From: Eledone cirrhosa
Taxonomy: Eukaryota
DNA: 64,000 bases
Reading direction: 5' to 3'
Assembly: GCA_964016885.1 (NCBI GenBank)
Contig: OZ024744.1
Span: 26,908,001-26,972,000, forward strand
Made by a program: the position numbers and the translations under genes. Positions 12,663 to 26,800 of the stretch are shown here, piece after piece. The notes under the pieces were generated by a model. It did no database searches and was not told the origin of the DNA. It worked only from the letters and a program-made list of their open reading frames with translations. Numbering within the stretch: the first letter of the stretch is position 1; each line of letters starts with the position of its first letter.

Positions 12663-15600
12663 CACTGCTACGGCTAGGCATCTCAGGGCACGTGGTGGTA
12701 AGAAGGGAGGTAACCTTAGGGCCAGGCACACCAGAAGTCTCCACTGTTACGGCTAGGCATCTCAGTGCATGTGGTGGTAAGAAGGGAGGTAACCTTAGGG
12801 CAGGGACACCAGAAGTCTCCACTGTTACGGCTAGGCATGTCAGTGCATGTGGTGGTAAGAAGGGAGGTAACCTTAGGGCCAGGGACACCAGACGTCTCCA
12901 CTGCTACGGCTAGGCATCTCAGTGCATGTGGTGGTAAGAAGGGAGGTAACCTTAGGGCCAGGGACACCAGAAGACTTCACTGTTACGGCTAGGCATCTCA
13001 GTGCATGTGGTGGTAAGAAGGGAGGTAACCTTAGGGCCAAGGACAGCAGAAGTCTCCACTGCTACGGCGAGGCATCTCAGTGCATGTGGTGGTAAGAAGG
13101 GAGGTAACCTTAGGGCCAAGGACACCAGAAGCCTCCACTGTTACGACTAGGCATGTCAGTGCATGTGGTGGTAAGAAAGCAGGTGACCTTAGGGCCAGGG
13201 ACACCAGAAGTCTCCACTGCTACGGCGAGGCATCTCAGTGCATGTGGTGGTAAGAAGGGAGGTAACCTTAGGGCCACGGACAGCAGAAGTCTCCACTGCT
13301 ACGGCGAGGCATCTCAGTGCATGTGGTGGTAAGAAAGGAGGTAACCTTAGGGCCAAGGACACCAGAAGCCTCCACTGTTACGACTAGGCATGTCAGTGCA
13401 TGTGGTGGTAAGAAAGCAGGTAACCTTAGGGCCAGGGACACCAGAAGTCTCCACTGCTACGGCGAGGCATCTCAGTGCATGTGGTGGTAAGAAGGGAGGT
13501 AACCTTAGGGCCAGGGACTCCAGAAGTCTCCACTGTTACGGCTAGGCATGTCAGTGCATGTGGTGGTAAGAAGGGAGGTAACATTAGGGCCAGGGACACC
13601 AGAAGACTCCACTGTTACGGCTAGGCATCTCAGTGCAAGTGTAGGTAAGAAGGGAGGTAACCTTAGGGCCAGGGACACCAGAAGTCTCCACTGTTACGGC
13701 TAGGCTTCTCAGTGCGTGTGGTGGTAAGTAGGAAGTAACCTTAGGGCCAGGGACACCAGAAGACTCCACTGTTACGGCTAGACATCTCAGTGCATGTGGT
13801 GGTAAGAAGGGAGGTAACCTTAGGGTTTGGGACACCAGAAGTCTCCACTGCTACGGCCATCATCTCAGTGCATGTGGTGGTAAGAAGGGAGGTAACCTTA
13901 GGGCCAGGGACACCAGACGTCTCCACTGCTACGGCTAGGCATCTCAGTGCAAGTGTAGGTAAGAAGGGAGGTAACCTTAGGGCCAGGGACACCAGAAGTC
14001 TCCACTGTTACGGCTAGGCATCTCAGTGCGTGTGGTGGTAAGAAGGAAGTAACCTTAGGGCCAGGGACACCAGAAGACTCCACTGTTACGGCTAGACATC
14101 TCAGTGCATGTGGTGGTAAGAATGGAGGTAACCTTAGGGTTTGGGACACCAGAAGTCTCCACTGCTACGGCTAGGCATCTCAGTGCATGTGGTGGTAAGA
14201 AGGGAGGTAACCTTAGGGCCAGGGACACCAGAAGTCTCCACTGTTACGGCTAGGCATCTCAGTGCATGTGGTGGTAAGAAGGGAGGTAACATTAGGGCCA
14301 GGGACACCAGAAGACTCCACTGTTACGGCTAGGCATCTCAGTGCATGTGGTGGTAAGAAGGGAGGTAACCTTAGGGCCAGGGACACCAGAAGTCTCCACT
14401 GTTACGGCCAGGCATCTCAGTGCATGTGGTGGTAAGAAGGGGGTAACCTCAGGGCCAAGGACACCAGAAGTCTGCACTGTTACGGCTAGGCATCTCAGTG
14501 CATGTGGTGGTAAGAAGGGAGGTAACCTTAGGGCCAAGGACACCAGAAGACTCCACTGTTACGGCTAGGCATCTCGGTGCATGTGGTGGTAAGAAGGGAG
14601 GTAACCTTAGGGCCAAGGACACCAGAAGTTTCCACTGCTACCGCTAGGCATCTCAGTGCATGTGGTGGTAACGAGGGAGGTAAACTTAGGGCCAGGGACA
14701 CCAGAAGTCTCCACTGCTACGGCTAGGCATCTCAGTGCATGTGGTGGTAAGAAGGGAGGTAACCTTAGGGCCAAGGACACCAGAAGTCTCCACTGTTACG
14801 TCTAGGCATCTCAGTGCATGTGGTGGTAAGAAGGGAGGTAACCTTAGGGCCAGGCACACCAGAAGTCGTCACTGTTACGGCTAGGCATCTCAGTGCATGT
14901 GGTGGTAAGAAGGGAGGTAACCTTAGGGCCAGAGACACCAGAAGTCTCGACTGCTAAGGCTAGGCATCTCAGTGCATGTGGTGGTAAGAAGGGAAGTAAC
15001 CTTAGGGCCAGGGACACCAGAAGTCTCCACAGTTACGGCTAGGCATGTCAGTGCATGTGGTGGTAAGATGGGAGGTAACCTTAGGGCCAGGGACACCAGA
15101 AGTCTCCACTGTTACGGCTAGGCATCTCAGTGCGTGTGGTGGTAAGTAGGAAGTAACCTTAGGGCCAGGGACACCAGAAGACTCCACTGTTACGGCTAGA
15201 CATCTCAGTGCATGTGGTGGTAAGAAGGGAGGTAACCTTAGGGCCAGGGACACCAGACGTCTCCACTGCTACGGCTAGGCATCTCAGTGCATGTGGTGGT
15301 AAGAAGGGAGGTAACCTTAGGGCCAGGGACACCAGAAGACTTCACTGCTACGGCTAGGCATCTCAGGGCACGTGGTGGTAAGAAGGGAGGTAACCTTAGG
15401 GCCAGGCACACCAGAAGTCTCCACTGTTACGGCTAGGCATCTCAGTGCATGTGGTGGTAAGAAGGGAGGTAACCTTAGGGCAGGGACACCAGAAGTCTCC
15501 ACTGTTACGGCTAGGCATGTCAGTGCATGTGGTGGTAAGAAGGGAGGTAACCTTAGGGCCAGGGACACCAGACGTCTCCACTGCTACGGCTAGGCATCTC

Positions 15601-17813
15601 AGTGCATGTGGTGGTAAGAAGGGAGGTAACCTTAGGGCCAGGGACACCAGAAGACTTCACTGTTACGGCTAGGCATCTCAGTGCATGTGGTGGTAAGAAG
15701 GGAGGTAACCTTAGGGCCAAGGACAGCAGAAGTCTCCACTGCTACGGCGAGGCATCTCAGTGCATGTGGTGGTAAGAAGGGAGGTAACCTTAGGGCCAAG
15801 GACACCAGAAGCCTCCACTGTTACGACTAGGCATGTCAGTGCATGTGGTGGTAAGAAAGCAGGTAACCTTAGGGCCAGGGACACCAGAAGTCTCCACTGC
15901 TACGGCGAGGCATCTCAGTGCATGTGGTGGTAAGAAGGGAGGTAACCTTAGGGCCACGGACAGCAGAAGTCTCCACTGCTACGGCGAGGCATCTCAGTGC
16001 ATGTGGTGGTAAGAAAGGAGGTAACCTTAGGGCCAAGGACACCAGAAGCCTCCACTGTTACGACTAGGCATGTCAGTGCATGTGGTGGTAAGAAAGCAGG
16101 TAACCTTAGGGCCAGGGACACCAGAAGTCTCCACTGCTACGGCGAGGCATCTCAGTGCATGTGGTGGTAAGAAGGGAGGTAACCTTAGGGCCAGGGACTC
16201 CAGAAGTCTCCACTGTTACGGCTAGGCATGTCAGTGCATGTGGTGGTAAGAAGGGAGGTAACATTAGGGCCAGGGACACCAGAAGACTCCACTGTTACGG
16301 CTAGGCATCTCAGTGCAAGTGTAGGTAAGAAGGGAGGTAACCTTAGGGCCAGGGACACCAGAAGTCTCCACTGTTACGGCTAGGCATCTCAGTGCGTGTG
16401 GTGGTAAGTAGGAAGTAACCTTAGGGCCAGGGACACCAGAAGACTCCACTGTTACGGCTAGACATCTCAGTGCATGTGGTGGTAAGAAGGGAGGTAACCT
16501 TAGGGTTTGGGACACCAGAAGTCTCCACTGCTACGGCCATCATCTCAGTGCATGTGGTGGTAAGAAGGGAGGTAACCTTAGGGCCAGGGACACCAGACGT
16601 CTCCACTGCTACGGCTAGGCATCTCAGTGCAAGTGTAGGTAAGAAGGGAGGTAACCTTAGGGCCAGGGACACCAGAAGTCTCCACTGTTACGGCTAGGCA
16701 TCTCAGTGCGTGTGGTGGTAAGAAGGAAGTAACCTTAGGGCCAGGGACACCAGAAGACTCCACTGTTACGGCTAGACATCTCAGTGCATGTGGTGGTAAG
16801 AATGGAGGTAACCTTAGGGTTTGGGACACCAGAAGTCTCCACTGCTACGGCTAGGCATCTCAGTGCATGTGGTGGTAAGAAGGGAGGTAACCTTAGGGCC
16901 AGGGACACCAGAAGTCTCCACTGTTACGGCTAGGCATCTCAGTGCATGTGGTGGTAAGAAGGGAGGTAACATTAGGGCCAGGGACACCAGAAGACTCCAC
17001 TGTTACGGCTAGGCATCTCAGTGCATGTGGTGGTAAGAAGGGAGGTAACCTTAGGGCCAGGGACACCAGAAGTCTCCACTGTTACGGCCAGGCATCTCAG
17101 TGCATGTGGTGGTAAGAAGGGGGTAACCTCAGGGCCAAGGACACCAGAAGTCTGCACTGTTACGGCTAGGCATCTCAGTGCATGTGGTGGTAAGAAGGGA
17201 GGTAACCTTAGGGCCAAGGACACCAGAAGACTCCACTGTTACGGCTAGGCATCTCGGTGCATGTGGTGGTAAGAAGGGAGGTAACCTTAGGGCCAAGGAC
17301 ACCAGAAGTTTCCACTGCTACCGCTAGGCATCTCAGTGCATGTGGTGGTAACGAGGGAGGTAAACTTAGGGCCAGGGACACCAGAAGTCTCCACTGCTAC
17401 GGCTAGGCATGTCAGTGCATGTGGTGGTAAGAAGGGAGGTAACCTTAGGGCCAAGGACACCAGAAGTCTCCACTGTTACGTCTAGGCATCTCAGTGCATG
17501 TGGTGGTAAGAAGGGAGGTAACCTTAGGGCCAGGCACACCAGAAGTCGTCACTGTTACGGCTAGGCATCTCAGTGCATGTGGTGGTAAGAAGGGAGGTAA
17601 CCTTAGGGCCAGAGACACCAGAAGTCTCGACTGCTAAGGCTAGGCATCTCAGTGCATGTGGTGGTAAGAAGGGAAGTAACCTTAGGGCCAGGGACACCAG
17701 AAGTCTCCACAGTTACGGCTAGGCATGTCAGTGCATGTGGTGGTAAGATGGGAGGTAACCTTAGGGCCAGGGACACCAGAAGTCTCCACTGTTACGGCTA
17801 GGCATCTCAGTGC
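12663..17813 (+). repeat. Duplicated block with 2,680-bp offset (34 monomers): 12663-15133 vs 15343-17813
   Basis: ORF pairs 12637/15317, 13584/16264, 14292/16972 and 15002/17682 all differ by 2,680. Identity starts after CCCACTG (12661) vs TTCACTG (15341) and ends at GCGTG (15134) vs GCATG (17814). Confidence 0.88.
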
Positions 17814-20800
17814 ATGTGGTGGTAAGAAGGAAGTAACCTTAGGGCCAGGGACACCAGAAGACTCCACTGTTACGGCTAGGCATCTCAGTGCATGTGGTGG
17901 TAAGAAGGGAGGTAACCTTAGGGTTTGGGACACCAGAAGTCTCCACTGCTACGGCCAGGCATCTCAGTGCATTTGGTGGTAAGAAGGGAGGTAACCTTAG
18001 GGCCAGGGACACCAGACGTCTCCACTGCTACGGTTAGGCATCTCAGTGCATGTGGTGGTAAGAAGGGAGGTAACCTTAGGGCCAGGGACACCAGAAGACT
18101 TCACTGTTACGGCTAGGCATCTCAGTGCATGTGGTGGTAAGAAGGGAGGTAACCTTAGGGCCAAGGACAGCAGAAGTCTCCACTGCTACGGCGAGGCATC
18201 TCAGTGCATGTGGTGGTAAGAAAGGAGGTAACCTTAGGGCCAAGGACACCAGAAGCCTCCACTGTTAGGACTAGGCATGTCAGTGCATGTGGTGGTAAGA
18301 AAGCAGGTAACCTTAGGGCCAGGGACACCAGAAGTCTCCACTGCTACGGCGAGGCATCTCAGTGCATGTGGTGGTAAGAAGGAAGGTAACCTTAGGGCCA
18401 CGGACAGCAGAAGTCTCCACTGCTACGGCGAGGCATCTCAGTGCATGTGGTGGTAAGAAAGGAGGTAACCTTAGGGCCAAGGACACCAGAAGCCTCCACT
18501 GTTACGACTAGGTATGTCAGTGCATGTGGTGGTAAGAAAGCAGGTAACCTTAGGGCCAGGGACACCAGAAGTCTCCACTGCTACGGCGAGGCATCTCAGT
18601 GCATGTGGTGGTAAGAAGGGAGGTAACCTTAGGGCCAGGGACTCCAGAAGTCTCCACTGTTACGGCTAGGCATGTCAGTGCATGTGGTGGTAAGAAGGGA
18701 GGTAACATTAGGGCCAGGGACACTACAAGACTCCACTGTTACGGCTAGGCATCTCAGTGCAAGTGGTGGTAAGAAGGGAGGTAACCTTAGGGCCAGGGAC
18801 ACCAGAAGTCTGCACAGTTACGGCTAGGCATCTCAGTGCATGTGGTGGTAAGAAGGAAGTAACCTTAGGGCCAGGGACACCAGAAGACTCCACTGTTACG
18901 GCTAGACATCTCAGTGCATGTGGTGGTAAGAAGGGAGGTAACCTTAGGGTTTGGGACACCAGAAGTCTGCACTGCTACGGCCAGGCATCTCAGTGCATGT
19001 GGTGGTAAGAAGGGAGGTAACCTTAGGGCCAGGGACACCAGACGTCTCCACTGCTACGGCTAGGCATCTCAGTGCATGTGGTGGTAAGAAGGGAGGTAAC
19101 CTTAGGGCCAGGGACACCAGAAGTCTCCACTGCTACGGCTAGGCATCTCAGTGCATGTGGTGGTAAGAAGGGAGGTAACCATAGGGCCAGGGACACCAGA
19201 AGTCTCCACTGTTACAGCTAGGCATCTCAGTGCATGTGGTGGTAAGAAGGGAGCTAACATTAGGGCCAGGGACACCAGAAGACTCCACTGTTACGGCTAG
19301 GCATCTCAGTGCATGTGGTGGTAAGAAGGGAGGTAACCTTAGGGCCAAGGACACCAGAAGTTTCCACTGCTACCGCTAGGCATCTCAGTGCATGTGGTGG
19401 TAAGGAGGGAGGTAAACTTAGGGCCAAGGACACCAGAAGTCTCCACTGTTACGGCTAGGCATCTCAGTGCATGTGGTGGTAAGAAGGGAGGTAACCTTAG
19501 GGCCAAGGACACCAGAAGTCCCCACTGTTACGGCTAGACATCTCAGTGCATGTGGTGGTAAGAATGGAGGTAACCTTAGGGTTTGGGACACCAGAAGTCT
19601 CCACTGCTACGGCTAGGCATCTCAGTGCATGTGGTGGTAAGAAGGGAGGTAACCTTAGGGCCAGGGACACCAGAAGTCTCCACTGTTACGGCTAGGCATC
19701 TCAGTGCATGTGGTGGTAAGAAGGGAGGTAACATTAGGGCCAGGGACACCAGAAGACTCCACTGTTACGCCTAGGCATCTCAGTGCATGTGGTGGTAAGA
19801 AGGGAGGTAACCTTAGGGCCAGGGACACCAGAAGTCTCCACTGTTACGGCCAGGCATCTCAGTGCATGTGGTGGTAAGAAGGGGGTAACCTCAGGGCCAA
19901 GGACACCAGAAGTCTGCACTGTTACGGCTAGGCATCTCAGTGCATGTGGTGGTAAGAAGGGAGGTAACCTTAGGGCCAAGGACACCAGAAGACTCCACTG
20001 TTACGGCTAGGCATCTCGGTGCATGTGGTGGTAAGAAGGGAGGTAACCTTAGGGCCAAGGACACCAGAAGTTTCCACTGCTACCGCTAGGCATCTCAGTG
20101 CATGTGGTGGTAACGAGGGAGGTAAACTTAGGGCCAGGGACACCAGAAGTCTCCACTGCTACGGCTAGGCATCTCAGTGCATGTGGTGGTAAGAAGGGAG
20201 GTAACCTTAGGGCCAAGGACACCAGAAGTCTCCACTGTTACGTCTAGGCATCTCAGTGCATGTGGTGGTAAGAAGGGAGGTAACCTTAGGGCCAGGCACA
20301 CCAGAAGTCGTCACTGTTACGGCTAGGCATCTCAGTGCATGTGGTGGTAAGAAGGGAGGTAACCTTAGGGCCAGAGACACCAGAAGTCTCGACTGCTAAG
20401 GCTAGGCATCTCAGTGCATGTGGTGGTAAGAAGGGAAGTAACCTTAGGGCCAGGGACACCAGAAGTCTCCACAGTTACGGCTAGGCATGTCAGTGCATGT
20501 GGTGGTAAGATGGGAGGTAACCTTAGGGCCAGGGACACCAGAAGTCTCCACTGTTACGGCTAGGCATCTCAGTGCATGTGGTGGTAAGAAGGGAGGTAAC
20601 CTTAGGGCCAGGGACACCAAAAGTCTCCACTGTTACGGCTAGGCATCTCAGTGCATGTGGTGGTAAGAAGGAAGTAACCTTAGGGCCAGGGACACCAGAA
20701 GACTCCACTGTTACGGCTAGGCATCTCAGTGCATGTGGTGGTAAGAAGGGAGGTAACCTTAAGGTTTGGGACACCAGAAGTCTCCACTGCTACGGCCAGG

Positions 20801-23800
20801 CATCTCAGTGCATTTGGTGGTAAGAAGGGAGGTAACCTTAGGGCCAGGGACACCAGACGTCTCCACTGCTACGGTTAGGCATCTCAGTGCATGTGGTGGT
20901 AAGAAGGGAGGTAACCTTAGGGCCAGGGACACCAGAAGACTTCACTGTTACGGCTAGGCATCTCAGTGCATGTGGTGGTAAGAAGGGAGGTAACCTTAGG
21001 GCCAAGGACAGCAGAAGTCTCCACTGCTACGGCGAGGCATCTCAGTGCATGTGGTGGTAAGAAAGGAGGTAACATTAGGGCCAAGGACACCAGAAGCCTC
21101 CACTGTTAGGACTAGGCATGTCAGTGCATGTGGTGGTAAGAAAGCAGGTAACCTTAGGGCCAGGGACACCAGAAGTCTCCACTGCTACGGCGAGGCATCT
21201 CAGTGCATGTGGTGGTAAGAAGGGAGGTAACCTTAGGGCCACGGACAGCAGAAGGCTCCACTGCTACGGCGAGGCATCTCAGTGCATGTGGTGGTAAGAA
21301 AGGAGGTAACCTTAGGGCCAAGGACACCAGAAGCCTCCACTGTTACGACTAGGTATGTCAGTGCATGTGGTGGTAAGAAAGCAGGTAACCTTAGGGCCAG
21401 GGACACCAGAAGTCTCCACTGCTACGGCGAGGCATCTCAGTGCATGTGGTGGTAAGAAGGGAGGTAACCTTAGGGCCAGGGACTCCAGAAGTCTCCACTG
21501 TTACGGCTAGGCATGTCAGTGCATGTGGTGGTAAGAAGGGAGGTAACATTAGGGCCAGGGACACCACAAGACTCCACTGTTACGGCTAGGCATCTCAGTG
21601 CAAGTGGTGGTAAGAAGGGAGGTAACCTTAGGGCCAGGGACACCAGAAGTCTGCACAGTTACGGCTAGGCATCTCAGTGCATGTGGTGGTAAGAACGAAG
21701 TAACCTTAGGGCCAGGGACACCAGAAGACTCCACTGTTACGGCTAGACATCTCAGTGCATGTGGTGGTAAGAAGGGAGGTAACCTTAGGGTTTGGGACAC
21801 CAGAAGTCTGCACTGCTACGGCCAGGCATCTCAGTGCATGTGGTGGTAAGAAGGGAGGTAACCATAGGGCCAGGGACACCAGACGTCTCCACTGCTACGG
21901 CTAGGCATCTCAGTGCATGTGGTGGTAAGAAGGGAGGTAACCTTAGGGCCAGGGACACCAGAAGTCTCCACTGCTACGGCTAGGCATCTCAGTGCATGTG
22001 GTGGTAAGAAGGGAGCTAACATTAGGGCCAGGGACACCAGAAGACTCCACTGTTACGGCTAGGCATCTCAGTGCATGTGGTGGTAAGAAGGGAGGTAACC
22101 TTAGGGCCAAGGACACCAAAAGTTTCCACTGCTACCGCTAGGCATCTCAGTGCATGTGGTGGTAAGGAGGGGGGTAAACTTAGGGCCAAGGACACCAGAA
22201 GTCTCCACTGTTACGGCTAGGCATCTCAGTGCATGTGGTGGTAAGAAGGGAGGTAACCTTAGGGCCAAGGACACCAGAAGTCCCCACTGCTACGGCTAGG
22301 CATCTCAGGGCACGTGGTGGTAAGAAGGGAGGTAACCTTAGGGCCAGGCACACCAGAAATCTCCACTGTTACGGCTAGGCATCTCAGTGCATGTGGTGGT
22401 AAGAAGGGAGGTAACCTTAGGGCAGGGACACCAGAAGTCTCCACTGTTACGGCTAGGCATGTCAGTGCATGTGGTGGTAAGAAGGGAGGTAACCTTAGGG
22501 CCAGGGACACCAGACGTCTCCACTGCTACGGCTAGGCATCTCAGTGCATGTGGTGGTAAGAAGGGAGGTAACCTTAGGGCCAGGGACACCAGAAGACTTC
22601 ACTGTTACGGCTAGGCATCTCAGTGCATGTGGTGGTAAGAAGGGAGGTAACCTTAGGGCCAAGGACAGCAGAAGTCTCCACTGCTACGGCGAGGCATCTC
22701 AGTGCATGTGGTTGTAAGAAGGGAGGTAACCTTAGGGCCAAGGACACCAGAAGCCTCCACTGTTACGACTAGGCATGTCAGTGCATGTGGTGGTAAGAAA
22801 GCAGGTAACCTTAGGGCCAGGGACACCAGAAGTCTCCACTGCTACGGCGAGGCATCTCAGTGCATGTGGTGGTAAGAAGGGAGGTAACCTTAGGGCCACG
22901 GACAGCAGAAGTCTCCACTGCTACGGCGAGGCATCTCAGTGCATGTGGTGGTAAGAAAGGAGGTAACCTTAGGGCCAAGGACACCAGAAGCCTCCACTGT
23001 TACGACTAGGCATGTCAGTGCATGTGGTGGTAAGAAAGCAGGTAACCTTAGGGCCAGGGACACCAGAAGTCTCCACTGCTACGGCGAGGCATCTCAGTGC
23101 ATGTGGTGGTAAGAAGGGAGGTAACCTTAGGGCCAGGGACTCCAGAAGTCTCCACTGTTACGGCTAGGCATGTCAGTGCATGTGGTGGTAAGAAGGGAGG
23201 TAACATTAGGGCCAGGGACACCAGAAGACTCCACTGTTACGGCTAGGCATCTCAGTGCAAGTGTAGGTAAGAAGGGAGGTAACCTTAGGGCCAGGGACAC
23301 CAGAAGTCTCCACTGTTACGGCTAGGCATCTCAGTGCGTGTGGTGGTAAGAAGGAAGTAACCTTAGGGCCAGGGACACCAGAAGACTCCACTGTTACGGC
23401 TAGACATCTCAGTGCATGTGGTGGTAAGAAGGGAGGTAACCTTAGGGTTTGGGACACCAGAAGTCTCCACTGCTACGGCCATCATCTCAGTGCATGTGGT
23501 GGTAAGAAGTTGAGGTAACCTTAGGGCCAGGGACACCAGACGTCTCCACTGCTACGGCTAGGCATCTCAGTGCAAGTGTAGGTAAGAAGGGAGGTAACCT
23601 TAGGGCCAGGGACACCAGAAGTCTCCACTGTTACGGCTAGGCATCTCAGTGCGTGTGGTGGTAAGAAGGAAGTAACCTTAGGGCCAGGGACACCAGAAGA
23701 CTCCACTGTTACGGCTAGACATCTCAGTGCATGTGGTGGTAAGAATGGAGGTAACCTTAGGGTTTGGGACACCAGAAGTCTCCACTGCTACGGCTAGGCA

Positions 23801-26800
23801 TCTCAGTGCATGTGGTGGTAAGAAGGGAGGTAACCTTAGGGCCAGGGACACCAGAAGTCTCCACTGTTACGGCTAGGCATCTCAGTGCATGTGGTGGTAA
23901 GAAGGGAGGTAACATTGGGGCCAGGGACACCAGAAGACTCCACTGTTACGGCTAGGCATCTCAGTGCATGTGGTGGTAAGAAGGGAGGTAACCTTAGGGC
24001 CAGGGACACCAGAAGTCTCCACTGTTACGGCCAGGCATCTCAGTGCATGTGGTGGTAAGAAGGGGGTAACCTCAGGGCCAAGGACACCAGAAGTCTGCAC
24101 TGTTACGGCTAGGCATCTCAGTGCATGTGGTGGTAAGAAGGGAGGTAACCTTAGGACCAAGGACACCAGAAGACTCCACTGTTACGGCTAGGCATCTCGG
24201 TGCATGTGGTGGTAAGAAGGGAGGTAACCTTAGGGCCAAGGACACCAGAAGTTTCCACTGCTACCGCTAGGCATCTCAGTGCATGTGGTGGTAACGAGGG
24301 AGGTAAACTTAGGGCCAGGGACACCAGAAGTCTCCACTGTTACGGCTAGGCATCTCAGTGCATGTGGTGGTAAGAAGGGAGGTAACCTTAGGGCCAAGGA
24401 CACCAGAAGTCTCCACTGTTACGTCTAGGCATCTCAGTGCATGTGGTGGTAAGAAGGGAGGTAACCTTAGGGCCAGGCACACCAGAAGTCGTCACTGTTA
24501 CGGCTAGGCATCTCAGTGCATGTGGTGGTAAGAAGGGAGGTAACCTTAGGGCCAGAGACACCAGAAGTCTCGACTGCTAAGGCTAGGCATCTCAGTGCAT
24601 GTGGTGGTAAGAAGGGAAGTAACCTTAGGGCCAGGGACACCAGAAGTCTCCACAGTTACGGCTAGGCATGTCAGTGCATGTGGTGGTAAGATGGGAGGTA
24701 ACCTTAGGGCCAGGGACACCAGAAGTCTCCACTGTTACGGCTAGGCATCTCAGTGCATGTGGTGGTAAGAAGGGAGGTAACCTTAGGGCCAGGGACACCA
24801 AAAGTCTCCACTGTTACGGCTAGGCATCTCAGTGCATGTGGTGGTAAGAAGGAAGTAACCTTAGGGCCAGGGACACCAGAAGACTCCACTGTTACGGCTA
24901 GGCATCTCAGTGCATGTGGTGGTAAGAAGGGAGGTAACCTTAGGGTTTGGGACACCAGAAGTCTCCACTGCTACGGCCAGGCATCTCAGTGCATTTGGTG
25001 GTAAGAAGGGAGGTAACCTTAGGGCCAGGGACACCAGACGTCTCCACTGCTACGGTTAGGCATCTCAGTGCATGTGGTGGTAAGAAGGGAGGTAACCTTA
25101 GGGCCAGGGACACCAGAAGACTTCACTGTTACGGCTAGGCATCTCAGTGCATGTGGTGGTAAGAAGGGAGGTAACCTTAGGGCCAAGGACAGCAGAAGTC
25201 TCCACTGCTACGGCGAGGCATCTCAGTGCATGTGGTGGTAAGAAAGGAGGTAACCTTAGGGCCAAGGACACCAGAAGCCTCCACTGTTAGGACTAGGCAT
25301 GTCAGTGCATGTGGTGGTAAGAAAGCAGGTAACCTTAGGGCCAGGGACACCAGAAGTCTCCACTGCTACGGCGAGGCATCTCAGTGCATGTGGTGGTAAG
25401 AAGGGAGGTAACCTTAGGGCCACGGACAGCAGAAGTCTCCACTGCTACGGCGAGGCATCTCAGTGCATGTGGTGGTAAGAAAGGAGGTAACCTTAGGGCC
25501 AAGGACACCAGAAGCCTCCACTGTTACGACTAGGTATGTCAGTGCATGTGGTGGTAAGAAAGCAGGTAACCTTAGGGCCAGGGACACCAGAAGTCTCCAC
25601 TGTTACGGCTAGGCATCTCAGTGCGTGTGGTGGTAAGAAGGAAGTAACCTTAGGGCCAGGGACACCAGAAGACTCCACTGTTACGGCTAGACATCTCAGT
25701 GCATGTGGTGGTAAGAATGGAGGTAACCTTAGGGTTTGGGACACCAGAAGTCTCCACTGCTACGGCTAGGCATCTCAGTGCATGTGGTGGTAAGAAGGGA
25801 GGTAACCTTAGGGCCAGGGACACCAGAAGTCTCCACTGTTACGGCTAGGCATCTCAGTGCATGTGGTGGTAAGAAGGGAGGTAACATTAGGGCCAGGGAC
25901 ACCAGAAGACTCCACTGTTACGGCTAGGCATCTCAGTGCATGTGGTGGTAAGAAGGGAGGTAACCTTAGGGCCAGGGACACCAGAAGTCTCCACTGTTAC
26001 GGCCAGGCATCTCAGTGCATGTGGTGGTAAGAAGGGGGTAACCTCAGGGCCAAGGACACCAGAAGTCTGCACTGTTACGGCTAGGCATCTCAGTGCATGT
26101 GGTGGTAAGAAGGGAGGTAACCTTAGGGCCAAGGACACCAGAAGACTCCACTGTTACGGCTAGGCATCTCGGTGCATGTGGTGGTAAGAAGGGAGGTAAC
26201 CTTAGGGCCAAGGACACCAGAAGTTTCCACTGCTACCGCTAGGCATCTCAGTGCATGTGGTGGTAACGAGGGAGGTAAACTTAGGGCCAGGGACACCAGA
26301 AGTCTCCACTGCTACGGCTAGGCATCTCAGTGCATGTGGTGGTAAGAAGGGAGGTAACCTTAGGGCCAAGGACACCAGAAGTCTCCACTGTTACGTCTAG
26401 GCATCTCAGTGCATGTGGTGGTAAGAAGGGAGGTAACCTTAGGGCCAGGCACACCAGAAGTCGTCACTGTTACGGCTAGGCATCTCAGTGCATGTGGTGG
26501 TAAGAAGGGAGGTAACCTTAGGGCCAGAGACACCAGAAGTCTCGACTGCTAAGGCTAGGCATCTCAGTGCATGTGGTGGTAAGAAGGGAAGTAACCTTAG
26601 GGCCAGGGACACCAGAAGTCTCCACAGTTACGGCTAGGCATGTCAGTGCATGTGGTGGTAAGATGGGAGGTAACCTTAGGGCCAGGGACACCAGAAGTCT
26701 CCACTGTTACGGCTAGGCATCTCAGTGCGTGTGGTGGTAAGTAGGAAGTAACCTTAGGGCCAGGGACACCAGAAGACTCCACTGTTACGGCTAGACATCT

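Noticed and set aside
12689-12694. E-box CATGTG in each monomer, with variants CACGTG, CATCTG, CAAGTG, CATTTG and CATATG that keep CANNTG
   Set aside because: A similar number of variant classes break the box (CGTGTG, CATGTT, CATGTA, CATGGG, TATGTG), so there is no evidence of selection on it.
12785-12806. Resemblance to the Jeffreys minisatellite core (GGAGGTGGGCAGG) and to Chi (GCTGGTGG)
   Set aside because: Only partial, interrupted matches (GGAGGT...GGGCAGG; TGTGGTGG), as expected in any G-rich repeat.
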